Source: Ignavibacteriota bacterium
Lineage (GTDB): Bacteria > Bacteroidota > Ignavibacteria > UBA10030
Reading direction: 5' to 3'
DNA length: 64,000 nucleotides
NCBI GenBank assembly: GCA_963701295.1
Contig: OY969585.1
Coordinates: 2,336,001 to 2,400,000 of the forward strand
Under the pieces are notes generated by a model. It did no database searches. It was not told the origin of the DNA and saw only the letters and a program-made list of their open reading frames with translations. A program made the position numbers and the translations under genes. Below are positions 52,374-61,972 of the stretch, one piece after another (the stretch's first letter is position 1; each line of letters opens with the position of its first letter).

Positions 52374-54599
52374 ATGAAGAAGATAATTATTAAGATATTT
52401 TTCCCAATTATTGGATTAATATCACTTATCTGGTTTTTATTTCGTGTCGTTCCCAAACCAAGTCGTGCCACGTATCCCTGCATGCGTGTCGCCTATCCTA
52501 TAGCTTCTTCTTTTGTGATCTACTTTCTTGGATTGGTTACTTCTGCTTTTGCTTTTGGCAAAATGAAAGAGCGTTGGAAATATTCACACTATTGGACTAT
52601 GATCGGCTTTTTGGTGATTGCACTAATAACAGGATTTTTCTCTTTTCAGGCAGATCAACCTCCAGTATATGCTAATACAAGCAATCTTGGTGCAGCTAAC
52701 GCACCTATTGGCGAAGCAAAAGGAATATACCCAGGAAGAGTAGTTTGGGTGCATGATTCTGCCGCTACAAATCAAAATTGTGTTCCCGGTTCTTACGGTC
52801 ATGGATGGTTTTTGCCGGAGAACAATAATCAGACAGTTGTAGACGGGATGGTTTCTTCTGCTATTCAAAAACTGACAGGACAGATTACAGATAGTGCTGC
52901 TTGGAAGGCGATATTTGAATATCATAATACGACACGCGGCAAGGGAGCTGTCAATTATGCAGCCGGAGAAAAAATCTTTATAAAAATAAACGCTACAAGC
53001 GGCTGGAGTGGAAACTATAATACATCGGATCTATCAAAGGTATACAATTCAAATTACGGTATCTCCGAAACTTCCCCGGCGATTGTGCTGTCAGTGCTGC
53101 GTCACCTCGTGAGCAAGGTGCGTGTTTCACAGACCGATATCTATATTGGCGATCCGATGAAGCACATCTACAAACACTGCTATGACCTCTGGCATGCGGA
53201 ATTTCCGAACGTCCACTATCTCGATAACAGCTACTCCACGCTGGGAAGAGAAAAAGCAACCGCAAGCACTACAGCAAAAATATATTATTCCGATCACGGA
53301 GCCGTGTTGCGCGCGAACGTTTGGGACCCGGGGAGACCCGGGGGAAGTCCTATCTATAATGATTATCTTTACACAATATTATCAACCGCGGAATATGTTA
53401 TCAACCTGCCGATGTTAAAAGGACACCAGCGGGCGGGCATAACGGCTTTTGCTAAGAATAATTTCGGTTCACAAACCAGAGCAGACGCGTCACAGCTACA
53501 TGACGGTCTTGTGGCTCCGATGCAAATGGAGAATGGCATAACAAGACCTGGATACGGTTTATATCGCGTTCAGGTCGATTTCATGACACATTCACTCACC
53601 GGAAAAAAGAACCTATTTTACTTGATGGATGCCCTGTGGGCGACCGACTACGAAGCGGACGTCCCTTTAAAATGGCAAATGGCTCCGTTCAATAACGACT
53701 GGATGTCTTCGGTATTCGCATCGTTCGATCCTGTCGCTATCGAATCTGTTGGGTACGATTTTCTCCGTTCTGAATTTACTGCCGCGCGCGGCAACTGCTC
53801 TACTGTTGTTCAAATGGATGGAGTTGATGACTATTTACATCAGGCAGCGGATTCGTTGAATTGGGCAAGCGGTATTAAATATGATCCCGACAGTAATGGG
53901 GTACATATTAAGAGCCTTGGAACGCATGAACACTGGAATAATGCTACCGATAAACAATACACAAGGAATCTCGGAATAGGTGAAGGAATAGAATTAATTT
54001 CTATTGATAATTCTTCCCTTCTCGTCCAACTCGTTTCTTTTGAGGTTACGCTTAAAGAAACTCAAATATTGCTTGTATGGAAAACTGCATCAGAAGAGAA
54101 TAACTATGGATTTGAAGTAGAGAGAAGAGCGGTTGTCAGTGATCAGTCATCGATGACCAATACTTGGCAGAAAATCGGGTTTGTTGCCGGTAACGGTTCC
54201 AGCAATATTACGCATGAGTATTCTTTCAGTGATCCCAAGCTTATGGTAGGCAGGTATGCCTATCGTTTGAAACAGATTGATAATGATGGGACGTTTACAT
54301 ATTCGACAAGTGTAGAAGTGAAGATTGGAGCGCCGGCTGTTTTCTCTTTGTCTCAGAATTATCCCAATCCCTTCAATCCTTCTACAAGTATTTCGTTTAA
54401 CCTTCCCACAAAATCATTTGTGTCACTCAAAGTATTTGATTTGATGGGAAAAGAGGTGGTAACACTGGCCGCACAAGAAATGAGCGCGGGAAATCATGCT
54501 CTGCAATGGAATGCGAGTAACCTATCGAGCGGTGTCTATTTTTATCGCTTGCATGCTGGTTCATTTTCTGAAACAAAGAAACTCGTTTTGCTGCGATAA
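52374..54599 (+). CDS. DUF362-like protein with T9SS-type C-terminal sorting domain
   Basis: RVVPKPSRATYPC, GIYPGRVVWVHD, IFIKIN, INLPMLKGH..AGIT..KN, DPVAIE; CTD NYPNPFNPST...KKLVLLR. Confidence 0.8.
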   Translation: MKKIIIKIFFPIIGLISLIWFLFRVVPKPSRATYPCMRVAYPIASSFVIYFLGLVTSAFAFGKMKERWKYSHYWTMIGFLVIALITGFFSFQADQPPVYANTSNLGAANAPIGEAKGIYPGRVVWVHDSAATNQNCVPGSYGHGWFLPENNNQTVVDGMVSSAIQKLTGQITDSAAWKAIFEYHNTTRGKGAVNYAAGEKIFIKINATSGWSGNYNTSDLSKVYNSNYGISETSPAIVLSVLRHLVSKVRVSQTDIYIGDPMKHIYKHCYDLWHAEFPNVHYLDNSYSTLGREKATASTTAKIYYSDHGAVLRANVWDPGRPGGSPIYNDYLYTILSTAEYVINLPMLKGHQRAGITAFAKNNFGSQTRADASQLHDGLVAPMQMENGITRPGYGLYRVQVDFMTHSLTGKKNLFYLMDALWATDYEADVPLKWQMAPFNNDWMSSVFASFDPVAIESVGYDFLRSEFTAARGNCSTVVQMDGVDDYLHQAADSLNWASGIKYDPDSNGVHIKSLGTHEHWNNATDKQYTRNLGIGEGIELISIDNSSLLVQLVSFEVTLKETQILLVWKTASEENNYGFEVERRAVVSDQSSMTNTWQKIGFVAGNGSSNITHEYSFSDPKLMVGRYAYRLKQIDNDGTFTYSTSVEVKIGAPAVFSLSQNYPNPFNPSTSISFNLPTKSFVSLKVFDLMGKEVVTLAAQEMSAGNHALQWNASNLSSGVYFYRLHAGSFSETKKLVLLR

Positions 54600-54609
54600 A
54601 ACAATTGCA

Positions 54610-54767
54610 ACCTAACCAGACGCTCAAGCTGACGGATGCCAGCTGAGTACGTTAAGCATGGCGAGCATAGGTTATAGTTTTTAATTGAAAGTTGGTATAA
54701 TGAACTTGTTTTGTTTAGTATGTTTTGAAAGTTATCAGCGCCGCAGCTTAGCACCGGTCCGTTAGGC
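54610..54767 (+). repeat. attC site
   Basis: ACCTAAC..GCTCAAGCTGAC...GCCGCAGCTTAG...GTTAGGC. Confidence 0.9.
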
Positions 54768-54813
54768 ACAATGCGCGATTCGGAGTCAGTGTCAAATAAA
54801 AAAGGAAATCACG

Positions 54814-55206
54814 ATGAACAACAAATATTTCATTCCCGCCACAACCATGTTTGGAGGTCTTTTCGTTTGGGTAGCCTTCCTTATCTTTCATGAAACGAAC
54901 GGTGCGATCAATGTGTCGTCGTTGTGGCTAGGAGCGGGACTATGTTTGGTGGCGGGTGGCCTGGTCTTTTTCTCTGCTGTTCGTTGCCGCCAGGTAGGAG
55001 GTCCCCGCATCGGTAATATCGTCCGAACTGTTCTTCTGATTGTGATGACAACAATTACCTACTGGAGAGTCGGTACTGTTGTTGCAGGCGTGCTGGCGGT
55101 AGCAGCGATCACGACTGGATCATTGCTTCTGATGGGAAGCTATCAGTCGAAGGTGGCGGAAGGCTCGGTTTCTTCAGCCGTGCAGGCGAGGAACAAATTC
55201 AATTAG
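54814..55206 (+). CDS. Hypothetical four-TM protein (cassette gene)
   Basis: AAGGA RBS, hydrophobic segments, between attC sites. Confidence 0.7.
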   Translation: MNNKYFIPATTMFGGLFVWVAFLIFHETNGAINVSSLWLGAGLCLVAGGLVFFSAVRCRQVGGPRIGNIVRTVLLIVMTTITYWRVGTVVAGVLAVAAITTGSLLLMGSYQSKVAEGSVSSAVQARNKFN

Positions 55207-55216
55207 GTGCGCATGT

Positions 55217-55375
55217 ACCTAATCAGCGGCTCAAGCTGACCGGATGAGCGTTGGTACTTTTAACATGGCGAGCATAGGTTTCGGTTTTTAATAATAAATA
55301 TTTCAGCATGAACTTGTTTCGTTTGGTACAGTTTGAAGGTTGTCAGTGCGGCAGCTTAACCGCCGTCCGGTAGGT
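55217..55375 (+). repeat. attC site (degenerate R boxes)
   Basis: ACCTAAT..GCTCAAGCTGAC...GCAGCTTAA...GGTAGGT. Confidence 0.82.
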
Positions 55376-55406
55376 GGCGTTTTAACTACTGATCAATAGG
55401 AGAAGA

Positions 55407-55955
55407 ATGAAAGTATTATTAATCATTGATATGCAAGTAGGATCATTTAAACCTGAAACGCCGTGTTATGATACTGATGGTGTTGTTCAAAGAATAAATT
55501 CATTATCAAATTATTTCCGACAAAATGGAGATAAAGTCATTTTTATCCAACATGATGGAACAAAGGAAAACTATTATATCCCTGGTACGTTCGATTGGAA
55601 TATTTTACCAACTCTAATTCAAAGTACAGACGATATTATCATTGGCAAAACGGCTAATGATTCATTTTATCATACAGATTTAGAAAGTGTATTGAATAAA
55701 AACGATATAACTGATTTATTTATTACAGGTTGTGCAACCGATTATTGTGTCAATGCAACAGTACATTCTGCTTTAATCAAAGATTATAATATCTTCATTG
55801 TTCAAGATTGTCACACAACAAAAAATCGTAAGTATTTGAACGCTGAACAAGTGATTCAATATCATAATTGGTTATGGGAAAATCTGACTCCTACGAATGG
55901 AAAAGTAAAATTAGTTTTATCAAAGGATTTGATAAAAACTCAAAACGCCACCTAA
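55407..55955 (+). CDS. Isochorismatase / cysteine hydrolase (cassette gene)
   Basis: LLIIDMQ, FIQH, KTANDSF, TGCATDYCV, DCHTT. Confidence 0.9.
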   Translation: MKVLLIIDMQVGSFKPETPCYDTDGVVQRINSLSNYFRQNGDKVIFIQHDGTKENYYIPGTFDWNILPTLIQSTDDIIIGKTANDSFYHTDLESVLNKNDITDLFITGCATDYCVNATVHSALIKDYNIFIVQDCHTTKNRKYLNAEQVIQYHNWLWENLTPTNGKVKLVLSKDLIKTQNAT

Positions 55956-56108
55956 CCCGCGGCTCAAGCTGACCAAATGAGCGTTTGTGCAATTTGCATT
56001 TCGCAGTTAAGTTTCGGTTCTTAATAAATAATATTTCAGAATGAACGCAGTTTGTTATCTACAATTTGAAAGTATTCAGTGCGGCAGCTTAGCCGCAATC
56101 CGTTAGGC
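55950..56108 (+). repeat. attC site (intact; uninterrupted GCCACCTAAC target)
   Basis: ACCTAAC-CCGCGGCTCAAGCTGAC...GCGGCAGCTTAGCCGC..GTTAGGC. Confidence 0.92.
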
Positions 56109-56150
56109 GGCAAAACATTGAGAAGTAAATCAATTAACAATGGAGCAAAA

Positions 56151-56792
56151 ATGAAAAACTCATTGATTGTGTTATTTCTTCTACCCTGTTTTGCTTTTTC
56201 TCAACCTTCTTCAAAAGTTGCTAACCCTGTCTCATCATCCTCATCTAAAGACTCTACTTTGCTATTAGAAATAAAGAAAAGCTATTCAAGGCAGATCGGG
56301 GCCGCGTTTAAAATGCTGGAGCATGTAATTGATAATGCCAATGATACAGCATGGACGGCAAGAATAAGCAACGTGCCGTTCTGGCAGATATCTTATCATG
56401 TTCTATGGTTTACTGATTTTTATTTTCACGCCAATGAAGCAACTTTTCAACCTCAGAGTTTTGACATGAAAGGAATTCATAATTATTGGGTCTATCCAGA
56501 TTCTCAAATGGTTGAGAATCAAAAGCATCCAATCTCAAAAAGTAATATGAAAGCTTATTGCAAATATGTAAGACAAAAAGCAAATCAATTCATTCAAAAT
56601 ATAAATGTTACATATTTTACTACTCCTTCACCATTTGAGTGGCATGGTTTCCCTAAAATTGACTTAGTGGATTACAATCTCCGTCATCTTCAACATCATG
56701 TTGGACAGTTGGATATTATATTAAGAAGAGATCAAAATATGGGAAATCCTTGGATTATGTTTGATGATTTATCGGAAACACCGAAGAACTAA
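56151..56792 (+). CDS. Secreted DinB-family protein (cassette gene)
   Basis: Signal peptide, FWQISYHVLW..D.Y, YNLRHLQHHVGQL. Confidence 0.82.
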   Translation: MKNSLIVLFLLPCFAFSQPSSKVANPVSSSSSKDSTLLLEIKKSYSRQIGAAFKMLEHVIDNANDTAWTARISNVPFWQISYHVLWFTDFYFHANEATFQPQSFDMKGIHNYWVYPDSQMVENQKHPISKSNMKAYCKYVRQKANQFIQNINVTYFTTPSPFEWHGFPKIDLVDYNLRHLQHHVGQLDIILRRDQNMGNPWIMFDDLSETPKN

Positions 56793-56809
56793 GCCTTTTA
56801 TCGTTTGTG

Positions 56810-56991
56810 GTCTAACCAGCAACTCAAGCTGACGGAATGAGCCCGCCAAAAAGACGGCGGGCAGGCGTGGTACGTTAAGCATGGCTAATAGAGGTTCAGA
56901 TGTTTAATAATAAACTATTCAGAATGAACTCGGCTCGTTTTCAGCAACTTGCGGCTTCTCGTTGCCGCAGCTTAGCACCGGTCCCTTAGGC
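56810..56991 (+). repeat. attC site with hairpin insert
   Basis: GTCTAAC..ACTCAAGCTGAC...GCCGCAGCTTAG...CTTAGGC. Confidence 0.82.
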
Positions 56992-57036
56992 ACACGAGCA
57001 TGAAAATATTATGAATAATTCCATGATTACTCAAAG

Positions 57037-58025
57037 ATGAAGCACCGGTTTACCGAGCAGCAGATTACTTTTGCCTTGAGGCAAGCAGCATCAGGCACAC
57101 CTGTGGTAGAGATAGCACGAAAAATGGCAATTAGTGAGCCTACATTTTACCGATGGAAGACACAATACACAGGATTGGAAGGCTCTGAGATTCATTGGTT
57201 GAAATCACTCGAAGATGAGAATCGGCGGCTGAAGCAACTAGTGGCAAATCTGACACTGGACAAGCAGATGCTTCAGGAGGTGCTGTCAAAAAAGCTCTGA
57301 AGCCTGTCACATGCAGAGAACTGGTAAAAGAGTTGGTGGAAACGTACCAGACAAGCGAACGTCAGGCCTGTGCAGCATTAGGATGACCACGCACGACCCA
57401 TCATTATAGAAGTAAGGCTGATCCTCAAGAGGCATTAAGGATGAGATTGAAAGATTTAGCTGGAGGACGGGTAGGATATGGATATCGAAGGCTTCACATA
57501 TTACTCAAGCGAGAAGGATGGGAAGTTAATCATAAGCGTATTTATCGTCTGTATCGGCACGAAGGGCTGGCATTGCGTAAAAAGCGGCCACGGCGAAGAG
57601 TGGCATGAGTGAAGCGTGAAGTACAACCCACAGCGAAGGAACACAATGAATGTTGGAGTATGGATTTTGTTTCTGATCAGTTGTTCGATGGACGCAGGGT
57701 ACGGATATGAGTGATAGTCGACAACCACACACGTGAGAGCTTGGCATTAGAACCGAGCCAGAGGATCCGTGGGATCGATGTCGTTGCTGTTTTGGAACGA
57801 ATTACTCGTATACGAAGCCTGGCGTCAGGATTACGATGCACAGAAACCTCATAGTGCTTTGGGGTACCTTTCACCAATAGAATTTATTGATGATCAGAAG
57901 AAAAACAAAGCTGCATGAATAAAAATAAACAGCTAAATTATCACCCAATCTGGATCAAAGATGGGGAGCAGTACAAAATGGATAAATATTAACTCATCAT
58001 TGGCACACAATCCGGGTGCAGGCCA
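57037..58025 (+). mobile_element. Degraded IS3 (inner type) followed by an outer-type right end
   Basis: orfA 57037-57300 similar to 34969-35232; orfB with several stops; ends GGGGAGCAGTACA (57975) and GGGTGCAGGCCA (58025). Confidence 0.85.
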
Positions 58026-58096
58026 TGTTATGGGAAATTTCTTACAAACCAAAGAATTAGCATAACATAATACGTACAGAAATCAGTATAACCGAT

Positions 58097-60307
58097 ATGA
58101 AGCATTTTGCTAAATCAAATTATTCTAAAGTAAAATTTTTGTATCGTTTATTTATCATCATAGGTCTTCAATGTCTGTTGATTTTCTCCATGCATGCCCA
58201 ATTAAATCAATATCCGCAGAAAAGCTATATACTAGACGATTTTGATCACGATACAACATCAGGTTTCAACGATTTCTTCGGTATGCGTGGAATATGGAAT
58301 AATAATACCGCTATCATCAACCCAAGTTATATTCCTACTGGAGGCAAAAACTATTATTTAAAACTTACCTATGACGTAAGTGATTCTTCTGCTCAAGGTG
58401 GGTGGTGGGAACAGTTTGCATATAACTATTCTAACAATCCGATATTTGATATAAGTGATTTTGATGAATTCAGGTTTTCGGTCAAAGGCGGAAGCACGTA
58501 CACCACCAGATTCTATATTGAATTTGACCAGGGGCAATTCGAAAAAGTGAAACGCATTGAAATCGATGGTGTCACTACGAGCTTTCAGGAAAAAATAATT
58601 CCGCTAAAGGATTCCCTGGTGGGATTCGATTTTACCAGAATGAGGCAGGTCGCTATTGTGCTGGATAGTTCTGCTACTGAAAAAGCGGGAACTCTTTATT
58701 TTGACAATTTTTATTTTGTTAACAAACACGAAAGTTATTCGACCATAGATGATTTGCTGGATTTAATTAGTAAGAAGGCGTGTAAATACTTTTTTGATCA
58801 TGTGCATCCTACAACAGGACTGGTTCGCGATCATTCCAGTGATGTGAATGTATCGAGCATTGCAGCCGTCGGTTTTCAACTTACCGCATTAGGTATTGGA
58901 GCTGAGAGGACTTGGGTGACTAGAAGTGACGCAGCTTCAAATACAAAGAAAATTCTGAAGACCCTTAGTGCCAACCAAGACTCAAACGCAAGTGGAAGTA
59001 ATGGATATAAAGGATTTTATTATCATATGCTCGGAATAAATACAGGATTGAGAGACGGGACGAGTGAGCTTTCATCGATCGATGCGTCTATTTTCTTTGC
59101 GGGTGTAATTTTTGCAAGAGAGTATTTTCATGATTCTACTTCCGATGAAATTCAAATACGGGCGTTGGCTGATAGTATTGTTAATAGAGTAGATTGGAGA
59201 TGGATGCTTGATACACTCAAAAATCAATTTTACATGGACTGGAAGCCTTCTATCGGGTTCGGTCCTTCTCATTGGGATAATTATACCGATGAAGCAATCC
59301 TCATCTCATTTTTAGCTATTGGCTCAGGAAAAGTTGATTCAAGCGTCTTCTATGCGTGGACAAGAGTTCGGGGCACGTACGGAGCTTATACTTTCCGACA
59401 AAGCTATTGGGGTTCACTCTTTACGTATTTGTATGCACATTGTTGGATAGATTTTAAAAAATGCGGTTACGATCATTGTTCTGATTCGGTGAATTGGTGG
59501 AATAATTCTGAACAAGCTGTTAAAGCAAACAGGCAGTTCTGCATTGATAATTCAGCGAATTATTCGACCTATAGCGATAGCAGCTGGGGATTGACTGCTT
59601 GCTTCGGACCCGGTGGATATAACGGTGGAGTATCAAAAAGCTATGGAGCTTTTCCGTTAGCTGATCCCCCGCCTAATCACGACGGGACCATTCCACCGTA
59701 CGGCGCCGGTAGCAGCATAATATTCTTCGACTCGATTCAAAATGAATCAGTAAAGGCTCTAAAAAATTACTACGACAACTATCCCAGGCTATGGGGGCTT
59801 TATGGATTTAAGGATGCATTTAATTTAGGACGGGCTTCCGATTCTACAGATGATTGGTATGCAAACGACTATGTAGGAATTGATATTGGGACATTGTTAG
59901 TCATGATCGAGAACTACAGAACTGGTCTAGTATGGAATTATTTTTTGAAGAATAAGTATGTCGCAACTGCAATAAAAACAATCTTCAAAAAAGATATATC
60001 AGCCTTGTCACTCTCCGTCGAATTCAATGTTAGTAATATACCGGAAAGTGCTTTCCTGCAACAAAACTATCCTAATCCATTTAATCCTTCAACGACAATT
60101 TCATTTAGTCTTCCATCACAATCATTTGTATCATTGAGAATATTTGATCTATTAGGAAGAGAAGTGGCAACTATTGTCTCTGAAGAAATGTCAGCTGGTA
60201 ATTATTCCAAACGATGGAATGCGGCAAATATATCGAGTGGAATTTATTTTTATCGGTTACAGGCAGGCACATTAACTGAGACCAAAAAACTCCTTTTGCT
60301 GAGATGA
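58097..60307 (+). CDS. Glycoamylase-like (GH144-like) glycoside hydrolase with N-terminal carbohydrate-binding-like module and T9SS-type CTD
   Basis: TGLVRD...SSIAAVGF, GFYYH, SELSSID, RVDW.WM, WGLTA, YGFKDAFN, GIDIG...MIENY; CTD NYPNPFNPST. Confidence 0.82.
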   Translation: MKHFAKSNYSKVKFLYRLFIIIGLQCLLIFSMHAQLNQYPQKSYILDDFDHDTTSGFNDFFGMRGIWNNNTAIINPSYIPTGGKNYYLKLTYDVSDSSAQGGWWEQFAYNYSNNPIFDISDFDEFRFSVKGGSTYTTRFYIEFDQGQFEKVKRIEIDGVTTSFQEKIIPLKDSLVGFDFTRMRQVAIVLDSSATEKAGTLYFDNFYFVNKHESYSTIDDLLDLISKKACKYFFDHVHPTTGLVRDHSSDVNVSSIAAVGFQLTALGIGAERTWVTRSDAASNTKKILKTLSANQDSNASGSNGYKGFYYHMLGINTGLRDGTSELSSIDASIFFAGVIFAREYFHDSTSDEIQIRALADSIVNRVDWRWMLDTLKNQFYMDWKPSIGFGPSHWDNYTDEAILISFLAIGSGKVDSSVFYAWTRVRGTYGAYTFRQSYWGSLFTYLYAHCWIDFKKCGYDHCSDSVNWWNNSEQAVKANRQFCIDNSANYSTYSDSSWGLTACFGPGGYNGGVSKSYGAFPLADPPPNHDGTIPPYGAGSSIIFFDSIQNESVKALKNYYDNYPRLWGLYGFKDAFNLGRASDSTDDWYANDYVGIDIGTLLVMIENYRTGLVWNYFLKNKYVATAIKTIFKKDISALSLSVEFNVSNIPESAFLQQNYPNPFNPSTTISFSLPSQSFVSLRIFDLLGREVATIVSEEMSAGNYSKRWNAANISSGIYFYRLQAGTLTETKKLLLLR

Positions 60308-60339
60308 AACAATTGCCACCGAACCACTTTAAAAAGGAA

Positions 60340-60637
60340 TAAGTCAAGAGAAAAGAGTACTCCCGAGGCATCAAGTGATCTATGATGCCGTGTTTGTTCT
60401 TTGAATTAGTTGTCACCGATACACGCCCGCCACAAGATACCGCACGGCGGGCAAGCCGCAGTGCCGATAGATTTATCGAGCGGACAGCCATACCGAAGCA
60501 ATGACGTCCAAACCATTTTTCGGATTAACCTCCAATTCATCAAAATACCGATGGTGGAAGCATGTCTCGTCCAAGCGAGAGGTTCCAGATATTTTCACGG
60601 CGCAACGCCTGACTTCCCAATCCAGCGGACGATGCTC
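60340..60637 (-). ncRNA. Candidate bridge RNA / seekRNA region
   Basis: Position typical of IS1111 guide RNAs; several hairpins; two short matches to the element's end junction; RNA boundaries unknown. Confidence 0.6.
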
Positions 60638-61651
60638 TTACGGCATCAGTGAGGAAAGCGGGCTTGTCAGGCGCGGCCATTGCTGAGATTTCTGTCGGTT
60701 GATCGGCTGCCCTTTGAGACCATTATATGATGTTTTGTTCTTTAAGACATAGTAAACAATCTTTGCAAGCTCCTTCGCAAGAACAGCATAGGCGGTTGGC
60801 TCGTTAGATCGACGAGCTAATTTCTGAAAGAGACGTTTGTATTCAGGATAATACTGAACAGCATGGACAGCGGCATCAGAGAAGGCGATTTTGAGATACT
60901 TATTGCCGTCTTTGCTGGAACGGTGGTGCACGGAACGATTGGGGTTATCAGCCGCAGGGACAAGTCGGCAGTACGAGACAAATCTCTTATCAGAGTCGAA
61001 GCGTTCGATACCGTCGATCTCAAGATACACCGTGAAGGCTGAGAGCTTGCCGATCCCTGGGATGTGCAGGAGACGTTGAATATCGTCATTGGGGATCAGG
61101 ATCGGATGGAGAGATTTTTCCAGAGCGAGGATCTGAGAGGTGAACATATCGCGAGTATGTTCCAGCACAGCAGTCTGGAAGCGATAGGGATCATGGACAG
61201 AGCCGTTAAATTTGGCGTGAATGCTGTAGAGACGCAGCAGACAGGCAGAGCGTTGCTGAACGAGCCGTAAGCGAATGCGCATGGTATCTCGTAAGCCGCG
61301 AAGATCGCGGCTGATTTTATGAGCTTGGGGAATGAGTCCCTGCCGTAAGAGGATAGCGAGAGTTTGCGAATCAACTTTATCGGTCTTAACTTTAGCATAG
61401 CTGATGGCTTTGAGATATTTTGCGTGAGCAAGGACGAGATCGATGCCGTGGTCTTCGAGTAAATCGTTGAGCCAGTACCACCCGGTGGTAGACTCGACGA
61501 CAGCCTGATGGGAACCAGGCAAGGAATGGAAGTAATCGAGAACCACCTCGTTGCTATTCTCGACGCGTTGTTGTTTGATGACAGCACCGGTGTCATCGAC
61601 AGTGGTGATATAACTATTATCAGAGTGCAAATCGATACCTGAGTAATACAT
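60638..61651 (-). CDS. IS110 family DEDD recombinase
   Basis: GIDLH, VVESTTGW, KTDKVDS, IPGIG, SYCRLVP, GNKYLK. Confidence 0.93.
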   Translation of the reverse strand: MYYSGIDLHSDNSYITTVDDTGAVIKQQRVENSNEVVLDYFHSLPGSHQAVVESTTGWYWLNDLLEDHGIDLVLAHAKYLKAISYAKVKTDKVDSQTLAILLRQGLIPQAHKISRDLRGLRDTMRIRLRLVQQRSACLLRLYSIHAKFNGSVHDPYRFQTAVLEHTRDMFTSQILALEKSLHPILIPNDDIQRLLHIPGIGKLSAFTVYLEIDGIERFDSDKRFVSYCRLVPAADNPNRSVHHRSSKDGNKYLKIAFSDAAVHAVQYYPEYKRLFQKLARRSNEPTAYAVLAKELAKIVYYVLKNKTSYNGLKGQPINRQKSQQWPRLTSPLSSLMP

Positions 61652-61730
61652 GGGAATCTCCTATTGTTGATGATGAATGTTTAATTCTTCAAGCTAAACA
61701 TACAAAATCGGGAGGTTCCTTTTTGGTAAT

Positions 61731-61953
61731 ATCTAACAACTCAAGCTGACGAAATGAGCGCCCGCCCAAAGATAAAGCTTGGCGGGTAAATGGGTACGTT
61801 AAGCATGGCTGGTGGTAGGTTATCGTTATTATTATTAAGTTCTTTGTACCTTATATATTTTTGTGTAATTAATTTTGTTATCAGCATGAACTTGTTTCGT
61901 GTTCAATATATTGAAAGTTTTCAACGCCACCGCTTAGTGCCGATCCGTTAGGC
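61731..61953 (+). repeat. attC remainder right of IS110
   Basis: ATCTAAC-A-ACTCAAGCTGAC...ATGAACTTGTTTCG...GCTTAG...GTTAGGC. Confidence 0.82.
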
Positions 61954-61972
61954 GGTCTCAAAGCTGGCATCA

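Larger units (their letters stand above)
60325..61737 (-). mobile_element. IS110-family (IS1111 group) element inserted in an attC site
   Basis: Sub-terminal IRs AAAAAGGAA (60331-39) / TTCCTTTTT (61716-24); about 310-nt non-coding region downstream of the recombinase; R'' on the left, L'' and rest of attC on the right; exact ends uncertain by a few nt. Confidence 0.88.

Noticed and set aside
56079-56150. ORF-track start inside attC (MRQLSRNPLGG) and other short ORFs overlapping attC sites
   Set aside because: Translations of the repeat itself; the real start is ATG 56151 with an RBS
61096-61596. 166-aa alternative-frame ORF in IS110 and many antisense ORFs across housekeeping genes
   Set aside because: Fully overlap well-supported genes and show no recognisable motifs
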